This document shows, piece after piece, positions 1 through 13,083 of a stretch of DNA of 64,000 bases. Each line of letters starts with the position of its first letter. The stretch's first letter is position 1. Under the pieces are notes generated by a model. It ran no database searches. It was not told the origin of the DNA and was given only the letters and a program-made list of their open reading frames with translations. The position numbers and the translations under genes were made by a program. Origin of the DNA: Octopus vulgaris (taxonomy: Eukaryota); contig OX597829.1 in the NCBI GenBank assembly GCA_951406725.2, forward strand, positions 49,104,001 to 49,168,000. Reading direction: 5' to 3'.

Positions 1-843
1 TTGAAACATTTATACTTACCAACACCTTAAAGAGTCGGGCGTGTCGCTAGCACCAGTAGGCCGTTCCAACCGCCCATCTGTCCCCATACCATGCCCTTTA
101 CAAAAAAGTTCCCAAACTGGCGTTGCCCAGTTGGACACCAGCTTGTCCAATATGGAGGGAGACAAAAATAAAAAGAATATTGTATAGAGTTATTTGACTA
201 GAAAGTCAACAGATCGGACAAAAATAGCAATCGAAACAAAGAGAGAGCATTACCGTGGTCTGTTACCGGTTGAATTCCTTCATATTTTACACTATCGATT
301 AAAATGTTGCATTATGACTTCTTTCATAATTTACCCTATCGATTGCATTATATTGCGCGAAGTCTACGTTCACCAAAAAAGGTAGGATGAAAACGGAAAC
401 ACCTTTGAATAAGTTATTTTTCTTTTACAAACAAATCTTCTGTGGATTAAACAAGGGGAAAAAACATTTAGAAGTCCAGGAAAATAAACCATTTACAATG
501 GTTCTCCCGGGAATTGGATCCTAATTAGAGAGACCATGTTGCTTACAAAGGTCACCCATTTGTTTTCCTAGAGATTGTGTGAAAAGGTTCAAAAGATTCT
601 GAAATAGTCAACCAATTACTCAAGTTAATGATTTGAATTTTGGCAACGTTAGAAATGAGGATCCGTTAAAACTAAAAACGGTGCGGCAGACATGGAAAAC
701 TTATATCCAGTAAATATTACAGTTCCGCAATAAAATGGACTATATTAAACTAGAATTGAAAAATGCTCACACTCAAAAGTGTTACAGAATGGGACTAGTA
801 TTGTTGCTCAAACATATTGGAATCACTATATGATGTATGCGTG

Positions 844-1145
844 GAGGCACATGGCCTAGTAGTTAAGAGCAGCGGACTCGCGGTCGAGGGATCGCGTGTT
901 CGAATCTCAGACCGGGCGATGCGTGTGTTTATGAGCGAAACACCTAAGCTCCACGCGGCTCCGGCAGAAGGTAATTGCGAACTTCTACTGATTCTTTCCC
1001 CACAACTTTCTCTCACTCCTTCCTCCTGCATCATGCAGCTCACCTGTGACGGACCGACGTCCCGTCCAGGTGGGGAAACTATACGCCAAGGAAACCGGGA
1101 AACCGGCCCTAATGAGCCAGGCATGGCTCGAGAAGGAACAAACAA
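844..1145 (+). mobile_element. tRNA-derived SINE (family 3)
   Basis: A-box TGGCCTAGTAG, B-box GTTCGAATC and an (AAC)n tail. Related partial copy at 30085-30233 (-). Confidence 0.7.
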
Positions 1146-1686
1146 CACTATGTTATATACATTCTGTGGCATCTTAAAATGAAAATAGACTTATGTGTGA
1201 ATTACGATGTCACGATAATTATCAAACCGTGTTTTTAATATAAAAATTTGAAAATGTACAAAATATGATCTTTAACTTCGAATAAGTAAATTCATTATAA
1301 TACTCTTCGTATCATAGTATATTAAAAGCATATTTCACAATGCATGCAAATTACCAGTATAAAAAAAATGGATGAAGTCGAACCTATATAGCAGCGAAAG
1401 TAGGAAACTGAAATAATTATAAACAAAGATACTTCGCATTATAATACACATTAATGGAATAATTATGCGAATTAAATTACTAAATTATTTTTGATTGATT
1501 ACTTGTAAATTTATAAAAATTATCGTTCATAGATTGAATTATTGCGTAAAGTTGACAGTATTTGTACACAGTTGTTTTGTTAAAATCGAAAATAGGATAA
1601 TTTAACTTAATTTTTAATATAACTTAATTTCGATGAACTAAAAAAATTTCTTGTGATAAAAGAATGCCACAGAATGTACAACATAT

Positions 1687-2048
1687 ACTCTTTTACTCTT
1701 TTACTCTTTTACTTGTTTCAGTCATTTGACTGCGGCCATGCTGGAGCACCGCCTTTAATCGAGCAACTCGACCCCGGGACTTATTCTTTGTAAGCCCAAT
1801 ACTCATTCTATCGGTCTCTTTTGCCGAACCGCTAAGTAACGGGGACATAAACACACCGGCATCAGTTGTCAAGCAATGCTAGGGGGACAAACACAGACAC
1901 ACAAACATAGACACACACACGCATATATATATATATACATATATACGACGGGCTTCTTTCAGTTTCCGTCTACCAAATCCATTCACAAGGCTTTGGTCGG
2001 CCCGAGGCTTTAGTAGAAGACACCTGCCCAAGGTGCCACGCAGTGGGA
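1687..2048 (-). mobile_element. SINE family 1 copy (5'-truncated)
   Basis: Near-identical to 2942-3361, with (TACTCTTT)n tail and an internal (CA)/(TA) microsatellite. Confidence 0.85.
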
Positions 2049-2941
2049 AGTGATTCCAATATTTTTGACTTTTAAAGGTTTATTATGACATTCTGTAACT
2101 CTTTTGAACATTCGCATTTCTCAATTCTAGTTTCGTACTTTTTAAGGCAACGCTTGTAATATTTTACATATGTACCGTATTTCTCCTGATGGTGTGGCAG
2201 CTAATGGATATACGTGTGTATGAGAGTGTGAGAGTGTGTGCGTGCGTGCTTGTTCTTGTGTGTGAGAGGGTGTGTGCATGCGTGAGTGTGAGATTGTGTG
2301 CGTTCGTGAGTGTGAGAGTGTGTATGCGTGCTTGCGAGCGGGTTTTTGTATAGTTCAACAATAGAATTTATGTTTTATGTGTGTAAAGAGAGGTAAAGCT
2401 TTAACAAAAAAAAATAAGAAAGTACATTAAATTTTATAGAAACAATATTATTTGCAGATAATTTATCAATATCACGAACAATAATATAATTTGAAAAATA
2501 GTAAAACACAAAACTAAATCTGTAAGTTATGAGCTATTCCTCACACAAAAAATTACTTCTCGATTTTCATAATCCTCCACGATATTTGCAATTCTTTTAG
2601 TTAAATCTTGATATTTTTCTTTTTGGGTGAAGGCTAATGTCTTGCCCGCATTTGGTTGATGATCATGTCGTTAAATGCTTGTTCCGTCTTCAATACCAGA
2701 AGTAAACACCAGATATTTGGGTAAATGGTTATTGCCATCCATCCAAGGAATTAACTGTTCGTGGTAAGTCATTGCATACGGGGTCATACATGTTCCACAT
2801 ATAAATAAGAAAGATATGGGTCGCCTCTGTTACGCCGTCGTATTCCACCGATATAAGCATCTTCAAAAGTAATCAATGATTGCATCTCTGCTTCATGGCA
2901 CAAATTTTCTTGTAATTGCTCAAATGCTGTTACAACATTGT

Positions 2942-3165
2942 CTCTCTTTTACTCTCTTTACTCTTTTACTTGTTTCAGTCATTTGACTGCGGCCATGCTG
3001 GAGCACCGCCTTTTAGTCGAGCAACTCGACCCCGGCACTTACTCTTTTGTAAGCCTAGTACTTATTCTATCGGTCTCTTTTGCCGAACCGCTAAGTAACG
3101 GGGACGTAAACACACCAGCATCTGTTGTCAAGCAATGCTAGGAGGACAAACACAGACACACAAAC

Positions 3166-3198
<33 letters not shown>

Positions 3199-3361
3199 TA
3201 CGACGGGCTTCTTTCAGTTTCCGTCTACCAAATCCACTCACAAGGCTTTGGTCGGCTCGAGGCTATAGTAGAAGACACTTGCCCAAGGTGCCACGCAGTG
3301 GGACTGAACCCAGAACCATGTGGTTGGTAAGCAAGCTACTTACCACACAGCCACTCCTGCG
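2942..3361 (-). mobile_element. SINE family 1 copy (near full length)
   Basis: Reverse complement of the 8421 copy, with tRNA-like A/B boxes. Abuts the MULE remnant. Confidence 0.85.
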
Positions 3362-4582
3362 GACATAAAAGCCAAGGCTGGTATCATTCGAATGCTCAGA
3401 GCAAAATCTGCATCGCTCTGAAATCTTGACTGTAATTCCTCTGATTGTACCTTCCGATAAACTGCTTGAGAGAGATGAAAAAAAGCATCCTTTGAGAATT
3501 GCATTTGGAAAATGTTCGGTATTTGCATTCTTGGCAGCTTGCTCATAATCAAGATACTTGCTGGCTTGAGCCTCAGGCTGATAGCCCGAAGCTTGCAGAA
3601 AAGTTCTTCATGGGTGGCTTGATGTTTATTTGGCAATAATGCAAAGACACGCGGAATAGTTCTATAAGAGGTTAAACAGTGAATAGAGTAGAGTTGGAAA
3701 AACAGTTCCGGTACCATTTTGAATGTACCATCGCAAAAGCCAATCACTTGAAGATTACAAGAGTCGTATATTTTTCTCAGTAGAAAACAAAAGTATCCGG
3801 TTCTCACTGGGTCCACTATCGTAAAGTAAGAAATTTACCTCATTGCATGTTTTTCTTTTGTATTCATCTGGAATGACAATGCCATGCAATTTCTTGGTAT
3901 GGGATGCAGAGCGTGCATAGCTTGCTTATATCTTCTGATTGAACGCCAAATAGTGCTTATGACTGGTAGCTGAGTAGAGACTTTTTCCGAAACATTCTGT
4001 AAAGTTTGCGTTATAGTTTGTTGTGACGTTTTCTGGGTTATAATTGCTTTCTTCTTCATTTCCTCACGTACATATGGGAGATCTTGACGAAGAATATCAG
4101 CAGCGTGGGTGTGCTCGTGTGTCTGGTTGATTATTTCTTCTCCACAAAGTATAATTTTGGCCCTACAGTTGTTATGTCGGCGGCGTTCGCATTCATAGAA
4201 CGTATTTCCTGATGACAGATGACAAGTTCTTGGTCTTATCGTAGACGTAACCATTATAGCAGTGCTTCAATCCTCCATGTTGTGTTTTAACGAAATGCGT
4301 GCATACTAACAAATGTATATAAATTAAGATAAAAAGAAGTTTCATGAGCTTCACTGTTAATAGAGTCGCTAGGCCTTTCGACACCTGGTGGTTCTTTCCC
4401 TCAGCAACCTGAAGAAAAATATACAATTTTTTAGTACAGAAAGATTCGCCCAAATGATAAATAAAGTGAAATGAATGAGAGATAAAGTGAAAGTGTCTAT
4501 CAGGTTGATATCTATCGGGTAGGTATCTATGAGGCAGTTGTCCATCAGGAAGTTACCCATCGGGCAATTGACATAGTACCCT
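3362..4582 (-). mobile_element. Degenerate Mutator/MULE DNA transposon (FLYWCH + MULE transposase)
   Basis: FLYWCH-like GGLKHCYNGYVY...FYECERRRHNNCRAKI...HEHTH, then the MULE core FCDGTFKMVPELFFQLYSIH...VFALLPNK...FFHLSQAVYRKVQ. Multiple frameshifts. Short subterminal repeats at 4490-4582. Confidence 0.85.
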
Positions 4583-5099
4583 AAAATATGACGCCTTTAT
4601 TCATTACACTATGATTTTATCGAATCAATCGATATTCTTAACAGCCTTCGACATTTCCTATCCAAATGATTTTCTTAATCAAATATTTACGCGCAATACA
4701 CCTCGACCGTCAGACTTTCTAGCCGTATGCCAATAATTATTTTTAGTAGCGATGACTAACACAATATTTTTCCATCCATTTGGATACTGGACGCTATCCA
4801 TTGTTATGATTAGAATAATGCCTGAATTGATTGAATTATTAACAAAACATTATCACAAAGAAATTCGAACAAGTTATTTCAAGTAAAAATATTTATTTCG
4901 AACACAAAAAAATTTATTTCTACAAAAGTAACAAACAGGAATACAATACGATTTTAATATTTCAATGGTTAATATTTCAAGTTAGGGGTGGGGGCATCGG
5001 AGGGGCGATGCATACTCTGCGTGCAAATAAATTTTCGCAAATTATAGCGTGGCCTACAATGCAATGCTTTACCTTGAAGAATTGGTCGAGAGCTAATAT

Positions 5100-5610
5100 C
5101 ACCCACACGTCTCTTTCGATTCTTTTTCTAAGCGCTTCTTGCAAGTTTATATTATATTCAAACAGTTAAAGTTATGAATAACTTAGACAGAAACGTATAA
5201 ACAGCTTATTTTACCTTTATAAGGTTTAAACTCATTTCCTTGCTTCCGAAAAGTAATCACCTTGAGCTTTGTGAGTCCTGCTTGATGTTTCTTAGTTCAT
5301 CACAAAGAAGAGAGTTAGAGTCTTGCAAGAATTCAACAACTGTTTTTTAAAAAGGAATAGAAACTTCCAGGCAGTTTCCCATTACCATCCATCGAACTTC
5401 TGTATGCAAGAAACAAACGTTCAAAATCCTTATCATTCTCAAAGCAGAGCTGTTGAAGCAGTGCAGAACTGAGAGCATGTGCCTTGATTTTATTTACTTC
5501 TGTTAAACGATTTGTTAAGCCTACCACTTGGGTTATTGGCAACGTGTACAAATATACTTGGTATAATATTTTCAATAAACTGATGAAGCTGTGATGACAA
5601 TCTGCCATCG
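5100..5610 (-). pseudogene. Highly decayed hAT (Buster/Charlie-like) transposase fragment
   Basis: VNKIKAHALSSALLQQLCFENDKDFERL resembles the hAT segment preceding HTEVRWLSKG. The frame is broken afterwards. Confidence 0.5.
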
Positions 5611-6426
5611 TTAGTGCTCCTTCTGCTGCTCACAAACGAAATACTGACTACATTTTTGCCTGTTTCTAGTTAGCTGTCTTACATAAATCGGAATTTCTCG
5701 GATTATTTTCGGCATTTTTCCACATTTTATGCATCCCACATTTCAAAATACCCATGAGCGGACTTTAAAATAAAACATTTCAATCCATAATTTTTCAAGC
5801 TTTTACCCCCGCCACCCAAGCTTGTACAAATAATCGCTCTTGAACCAAACATTAATCTTTGCTGAAACAAACTTTTGTTGCTTTGCAAAGGGGAATAATC
5901 TAACTGTGAGCTAAATTTGGTTGTTCTTTGTATGTTGCACACTATATCTTAAATGTTGTAGTATTCCACATTTTGAAGCATATGTAATACGCTTTTTCAT
6001 CGAAAAAAATTCGTACCTTCTGCCTCTTCATCCAAGTTAAAACCTGTAGCTGGTTTCATACAGGGTTTCGTAGGTTGGTTTCGTTGCTGGTTGCTTACAG
6101 GTTTTTCAAACCACGAAACCCTGTGTGGAAACAGCTACAGGCAAATAACAAAATGCAATATAATGGAATCAAGTGGAACCGAGATTAATGAGCGTGGTTC
6201 CTTTTTGAAAGTTACCTGAAGCGACGCATCGCACTAAAGGATGCACCACAGCCAGTTGCCCAGAAACTCATCCACGAAAGACCGATGCAAAATGACGGAT
6301 TCGGAAGAATACCTGAAGTAAATCCGGTGGCATTTATATCTATACTCTTGATGACATCGGGTAGTCAAAGACAGTGAACGTGTTTTAATTCAGATACTAA
6401 CTGATGAATACTCAAGTTTAAAATCC

Positions 6427-6484
<58 letters not shown>

Positions 6485-6645
6485 GCACATATATATATAT
6501 ACACGCATATAAGCAGATATTTGTGTGTATATAAATATATACATATATATTTATATACACACGCACACAAATATATATTATATTCAAACATATATATATA
6601 TATATATATATGCTTTATTTAAAGAAGCAGAACATTCAACAAAAC

Positions 6646-6683
6646 CTGTTACTCTGAGTTTCCCGTTGCCGTTCATCGGACAG
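6646..6683 (-). ncRNA. Antisense-strand hammerhead-like motif in the other arm of the same hairpin
   Basis: Minus strand reads CTGT-CCGATGA-ACGGCAACGG-GAAA-CTCAGAG-TA-ACAG. Confidence 0.5.
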
Positions 6684-6700
6684 TTTTTTCTAGCAAAAAT

Positions 6701-6737
6701 TGTCCGACGAACGGCAACGTGAAACTCAGAGTAACAG
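6701..6737 (+). ncRNA. Minimal type I hammerhead ribozyme-like motif (U4C variant)
   Basis: TGT-CCGACGA-ACG(GCAA)CGT-GAAA-CTCAGAG-TA-ACA gives stem I, a CYGANGA core, a GNRA-capped stem II, GAAA, a short stem III and a GUA cleavage triplet. Confidence 0.55.
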
Positions 6738-6841
6738 GTTTTGCTGAATTTTCTGCTGCTTTAAATAAAGCATATTACTCTACCACTGGTATTTGAATAC
6801 TCCTTTTCCCCCCTTGTTTCACATTTATGTGTTTACGCCGG

Positions 6842-6874
<33 letters not shown>

Positions 6875-7441
6875 TATATATACATATATATATACTTTAT
6901 TTTCTGCTGATTTTAAATAAAGCATATTACTCTACCACTGGTATTTGAATACTCCTTTTCCCACCTTGTTTCACATTTATGTGTTTACTCCGGTATTTAT
7001 ATATATATATAATATATTATATATATATCGCTGGTTTTAAATAAAGCATATTACTCTACCACTGGTATTTGAATACTCCTTTTCCCACCTTGTTTCACAT
7101 TTATGTGTTTACTCCGGTATATATATATATACATAGTATGAGTCTGAAGGGTATATTTCAAACAACTTCCTGCTACCTCTTCCTGAATCCTAACTAACAA
7201 ACTACTAGGTGTATACAGTTCGATTCGAAACTGGTCGAATGGATAAATACTGAAGAAGCTGCTCAGAAAATCATACTCGGTTGCTTGTGCATGTGCCCGT
7301 ACTTTGTGCAGTGGAAACACGCGTAGCTCATAACAATCATAAGAATATACTGTATGCAATTAAAAAATAAGAGGAAATAAATCGTGATGATGAACAAATC
7401 TCCAGCATTAAATACATGCATATCTATCTGTACATCTATAC

Positions 7442-7587
<146 letters not shown>

Positions 7588-7867
7588 GCACACATATTTA
7601 GATGGTCCCATACTTTTTTAGAATCTTGTATATGAGGCAAAGCTTCAGTTTTTTTGTGGGGGGTTACCATTTCTCTTTGACTTACATCTATCGAGGATCT
7701 CTCACATAATGTTCAATACAATAGAGAATTCAATTAGATTTCGGATGTAATTCAGTTATGTCTTGTAATCCTTGTATATTTCTGAAAGAATAGATACAGC
7801 TGGATCGGATCGAAAATATAAATTTGGTTTAGTAAAGCTTGCTCAATGGATTTTAATCTAAAAAACA

Positions 7868-8019
7868 TCGACCCCAGGACTTATTCTTTGTAAGCCTAGT
7901 ACATATTCTATCGGTCGCTTTTACCAAACCGCTAAGCTAGTTGAACGTAAACACCCCAACATCGGTTGTCATGCAATGGTTGGCGGACGGTGACAAACAG
8001 TTAGAAACACGCAAATACA

Positions 8020-8064
<45 letters not shown>

Positions 8065-8360
8065 CACATACGCATATATATACTCACAATTTGAGGAAGC
8101 AATATCCCTGTAAGGGATTGTTAAAAACAATTCGGATGCCAACTAGGTTTATTGATAGAAATTTCCTCAATATATATGTATAAACAGCCTCATATATTTA
8201 TATACAATGGGCTTCTTTCACCTCCCGTCTACCAAATCCATTCACAAGGTTTTGGTCGACCCGAAGATATAGTAGGAAATACTTGTCCAAGGTGTCACGC
8301 GGTGGGACAACCCAGAACCAGATGACTGCGAAGCAAGCTTCTTACCACACCGCCACGCCG
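7868..8360 (-). mobile_element. SINE family 1 copy (diverged, interrupted)
   Basis: Homologous to 2942-3361. Lies head-to-head with the 8421 copy. Confidence 0.75.
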
Positions 8361-8420
8361 TGGGTTATTTATTTATTTATTTATAATTTTTTTTTTTAAA
8401 TATATATTGGTGAATCATAG

Positions 8421-8830
8421 GAGCAGGAGTAGCTGTGTGGTAAGTAGCTTGCTTACCAACCACATGGTTCTGGGTTCAGTCCCACTGCGTGGCACCTTGG
8501 GCAAGTGTCTTCTACTGTAGCCTCGGGCCGACCAAAGCCTTGTGAGTGGATTTGGTAGACGGAAACTGAAAGAAGCCTGTTATATATATATATGTGTGTG
8601 TATGTGTGTGAGTGTGTGTGTGTGTGTGTGCGTGTGTGTGTGTGTATTTGTGTGTCTGTGTGTGTTCCCCACCATCACTTGACAACCGATGTTGGTGTGT
8701 TTAGGTCCCCGTAATATGGCGGTTCAGCAAAAGTCAGCGATAGAATAAGTATTAGGCTTACAAAGAATGAATACTGGGGTCGATTTGGCCACAGTCAAAT
8801 GACAGAGAAAAATAAAAGAATGAAAGAATT
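8421..8830 (+). mobile_element. SINE family 1 copy with intact head (reference for the empty insertion site)
   Basis: GGAGTAGCTGTGTGGTAAGTAGCTTGCTTACCAACCACATGGTTCTGGGTTCAGTCCC contains an A box, the uninterrupted target and a B box. Confidence 0.85.
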
Positions 8831-9110
8831 AGTGATTAATGTGCAAGAATACATTGATTAAGACTATTTATAAAGTTTTTGTTATCTTATGGTTATCGTT
8901 TAAGGAGAAAGGTGTGCTAGCCACATTATAAGACGACTTCCATATTAGTTGGTGACTGATATCAGAGGAACATACATACATACATACATACATACATACA
9001 TACATACATACATACATACATACATACATACATACATACATACATACATTCATACATACATACATACATACATGCATACACAAACACACACACACACACA
9101 TATCTGTGTT

Positions 9111-9187
<77 letters not shown>

Positions 9188-10102
9188 CTTGCCTCTTTCT
9201 TCCAATAGTGAGAAGGTAGTTGTAATATATTTCGTTTTGGGATTTGGTTTGCAAGATTCTTTATATGAGTTCGTGTGTTGAAGCATATTCTGTTGTGTCT
9301 GGGGAGAGTCATTTTCTTTTTCGCACCTTATAATGTAACACACTCACCGGTCAAATTTCCACTTATTTCTTATTTTCATTTTCCTAAAATTTTCGTTGCG
9401 TCTTGCAACCTTAAAGTCTCTTGGAAACTTTGGCTTGGTCAACGTCGGTAACATAGTATTGCTCTTTTTGGTTATACACAGTCTTTAGCTGGTTTGTTTT
9501 ATGAGTTATATAGGGCTACATGAATGATAACTAGCTTTGCTGCAAGAAAGACAGATGAAGATGAGGTGTAGAAAGAGAGGAACGGAGGGGAATAAGAAGA
9601 AAGTATGTGGTTGTAAGCTATGGGTTGCCATATATTTCTATCAATCCACACCCAGTAAGCATATTATTTCCTCCTATCCGCTTCCACTCGTCACTTCCAA
9701 ATAAGACATCTTTCTATAAATCTAATACTTTTTCACGTACTTTCTCGTTGGTTGGTTCGGAGATTTCTCTGTGCATTACGTGTCATATTTCGCAAATTTC
9801 TCATTAAAACGATGTCTGAGAAGTTTTAGAATGTTAATCCCTGCTTCGGATTTTTGAAGTGCAAGATTTATTCAGATTTTCGTTGTTTTATTTTTTTATT
9901 TTCAATTGTTTCTGAAGTGACAGCCTTAAGATGGATCTTACATAGAAGAATGACAAGTTCTTGGTTTATCCATTGTAGGTATGTTTGTCAATTTTCTTTA
10001 TTCTAAATGCTTTTTTCTTTCATTCAAATAAACTATTTCATATCTTTTTTCAATGCTACATTCTCTTATGTAGGATGTGGTGTTTTCTAGGATTAATGAA
10101 AA

Positions 10103-10494
10103 CTAGCAGTATCGCCCGGCGTTGCTCGGGTTTGTTTCGACTCTTTAGAATTGGAATTTTTGAAACGTAAAAATTTTGCATTATGTAGCTTGTTATTCTC
10201 TTTTAGTGAACATTTTTCTGGTTGAAATACACCGAAAAATGGCGACACAGCAGTCAAAAATCGTGAAAAATAGGGATTTTCATAGAAAAACAGCACATTT
10301 TTGATGTAAATAATTTTTGGTGTTAACATGGTCCGATTTGAAATTTTTCTTCTTCGGAAGGAAGAGTAAGCCTTCTTCTATTATACTCTCAATTTTGGTC
10401 AACTTGCGCCGCAGCGTCTCGGAGGAGATAGTTTTAGTTGAAGGCTACCAAACCTGCCATAACACAGACAACTTCAGCTTTATATACAGAGAGA
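10103..10494 (-). mobile_element. Non-autonomous Helitron (variant internal sequence)
   Basis: Same 3' end (CCCGAGCAACGCCGGG hairpin...CTAG) as the other copies, and a 5' TC end at 10494. Confidence 0.7.
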
Positions 10495-10525
10495 TTAATA
10501 ATAAAATACGTATTAAGGAACCGCA

Positions 10526-11304
10526 GTGATATCCATGACTTCGAGACTCAGTCTCAACTCATGGCTTGCCACTTCATCCTTCGTGGATATCCCTCACCAC
10601 TATTCACACATCCCTTGCCAGAGAACTTCTGTGGACCTGCCTTTGCTCTCTCTCTCCCCGCACCCGCCCCGCCGTTGCCTGTTTCCCGTTTCCCCTTACC
10701 TACTACCCCTCATTCCTACCTCTCCATCGCACCATTCTCCGAGCCTTCTGGCGACTCAAGTCCGACCCCTCCAATTCGCATATCTTCTCTCTTTCAAGCG
10801 AGCCCACAACCTGCGTGACCTCCTGGTTCACAGTTTTTCCATAACCCCACCTCACAACCTGGCTCGTTCTCCTACTTCCGTCCCCGCTGCTGCACTCGCC
10901 CCTACTTCTCCAACACTACCGTTCTCACAGGCACCCATCATTGTTCCTATTATATCACCGACTCCTTTACCTGCACTTCTAGCAACATCATTTACTGCAT
11001 CTCCTGCCCTTTCTGCCCTTCTCAGTACATTGGTCAAACGGGACGTCAATTGCCTGACCGGTTCGCGGAGCGCCTCCGAGACATCAGACCCGGCAATTAC
11101 ACCCCGATCTCGCGCCATTTTCGCTCTACCGGTCACTTACTACAACACCAGTTTGTGTTTGGATTGTCTTTGCATAGGGACCCTCCAGTCTCCCACCTTC
11201 GCTGTGAAAAGAAATTAATCTTCTGTATTCGCTCCTTTATGCCATCTGGGCTGAACTCCCTTCCTCTCTTCATCGGACTCCCCTCCTCTCCTCTCTTCGT
11301 CTGA
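10526..11304 (+). mobile_element. Penelope-like element 3' fragment with GIY-YIG endonuclease (decayed)
   Basis: Reading across frames gives FKRAHNLRDLLVHS...TDSFTCTSSNIIYCISCPFCPSQYIGQTGRQLPDRFAERLRDI...ISRHF...CEKKLIFCIRSFMPSGLN, the canonical PLE GIY-YIG pattern. Confidence 0.85.
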
Positions 11305-11827
11305 CACCTATTTCCTCTCTTCACTCATACCTACCTTTTCTCTCCCCTCTTCCTCTGACACCTACTTTTCTTCACTCCTACCCACCTTCTTGCTTCATTA
11401 ATACTCCACCCCTACCGCCACACCTCCACCCCACCCCACATCCCCAAACCTCTACCCGACATCCCCACACCACACCAAACCCCACACCACCACATACCAC
11501 ACGACATCACACCACCCAACACCACTCCAAACACACTAGCACTGACCACTTCCATGCACCCACACCACATACACACTTCAGAGTCAGTAGCCCCTATCCA
11601 CATGCACACACTTACACATTCTTACATACACACCCACACACGCGTACCTTCATTTTGTAATCACCAATACTTTATCTCTCCTTCTTTCTACCTCCCCTGT
11701 CAAACCTTTTTATTATTATGTATATTGTTATAATTGTCATTTTAGTAAATAAATAAATTGACATAATATAATGTCTAAAAGTTGATGAACCACATATTGA
11801 TCCCCTCCATTTTCATATATATATATA

Positions 11828-12219
11828 TCTTTATATATGAAAGTGAGGTTGTGTGTCTGTCTCCTACGATTTAGATTCCTAACTACTCCCACATTTTGCG
11901 GTGCAGTTTAACCAAAAGCGGGTATCTTATAGTCGAGATTCATATCGAGCCCTTCTGGGTATTAGCGCGCGTCTACGATGAGTCTACGATTTAAAAAAAA
12001 AATTACCATCAATTTTTCCATTTTTAATGCATTTTTGCTATTATATAAGGGAAGTAACTCTCTAAATATTTATTATTAAATTTCAGAACGTAAAAAGCTA
12101 CAGTAACACCCCCACTTTGTGGTTAGCCATATTGAGATGGCTATTATACTTTACATCTCTAAAAATGCTTATATAGTTATTTCCCTTACAAACCCGAGCA
12201 ACGCCGGGCGATACTGCTA

Positions 12220-12220
<1 letters not shown>
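11828..12220 (+). mobile_element. Non-autonomous Helitron
   Basis: 5'-TC start, subterminal hairpin CCCGAGCAACGCCGGG and 3'-CTAG. Inserted between A and T with no TSD. Confidence 0.85.
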
Positions 12221-12278
<58 letters not shown>

Positions 12279-12377
12279 TTGAAAAAAGTTGAAACATTGT
12301 TTGGTTTTCACGTTTTATTATTATGGTATTTTAACAAAATTACCGCTTTCATACATAGTATATATATATATATATTA

Positions 12378-12580
12378 CAAGGCGGCGAGCTAGCAGAATC
12401 GTATTAGCATAATGGACGAAATCCTTAGCGGTAGTTCACCCGTCGCTACGTTCTGAGTTCCACCGAGGTCAACTTTACTTTTCATCCTTTCGGGATCGAT
12501 AAATTAAGTACCAGTGAAACAGTGGCGTCGATATGATCGACTAGACACCAGCTCCATAAATTTGGCGCCTCCAGTAGAAA
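12378..12580 (+). mobile_element. SINE family 2 (older copy)
   Basis: GGCGGCGAGCTAGCAGAA head and a TTCATCCTTTCGGGATCGATAAATTAAGTACC central domain (MetaSINE-like, by recollection). Confidence 0.7.
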
Positions 12581-12671
12581 GTATATATATATATATCTTG
12601 TCACCTAGCTTCCTGGTGATTTCTTTTGAATGAAACAGTTCTAGTCCTGTAGAAGCTCCTTCTATAAAATA

Positions 12672-12703
<32 letters not shown>

Positions 12704-12943
12704 ACACAAATACTTGTGTGTGTGTGTGGTGTGTCTCCTTACCACTTGATTTTCTTTTTCTTTTTGGTAACTTGATGGTTTGTAAACTGATAAGTACCAG
12801 GCTTTAAAAAGTAAGTGATGGTTCGATTCGTTCGGCAATAAACCATCATGTTGATGCTCCAGCATGGCAGCAGTATAATGAAGAAAATAAGTAAATAATC
12901 TGTTGTGTCTGGAGAGAGTCATTCTCTTTTAGTGCCTTATTAT

Positions 12944-13083
12944 TAGGTTGTCCCAAAAGTTCGTAAACACTTGCGAAAATTGAATTTTTACTTGCCAAGT
13001 ACTAACAAAAACAACAAAAATTATTCCTCAAAATAAAGACCATTATTTTCCAAGACTTTCTACGGACTTTTGGGACAACCTTA
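12944..13083 (+). mobile_element. Tc1/mariner-type MITE
   Basis: TIRs AGGTTGTCCCAAAAGTTCGTA / TACGGACTTTTGGGACAACCT in a TA context. It interrupts a repeat whose empty version is at 9285-9410. Confidence 0.7.

Larger units (their letters stand above)
6612..6842 (+). mobile_element. Hairpin-plus-tail element in (TA)n with hammerhead-like cores (Penelope pseudo-LTR-like)
   Basis: About 80 bp inverted arms at 6612-6771 plus a ~70 bp tail. The tail is repeated at 6895-6993 and 7030-7118. Relatives at 37243-37322 and 40078-40273. Confidence 0.7.

Noticed and set aside
844-920. tRNA-like sequences at SINE heads (also 8421, 23266, 62519)
   Set aside because: They have A/B boxes but continue into SINE bodies and lack a complete cloverleaf. 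They are not tRNA genes.
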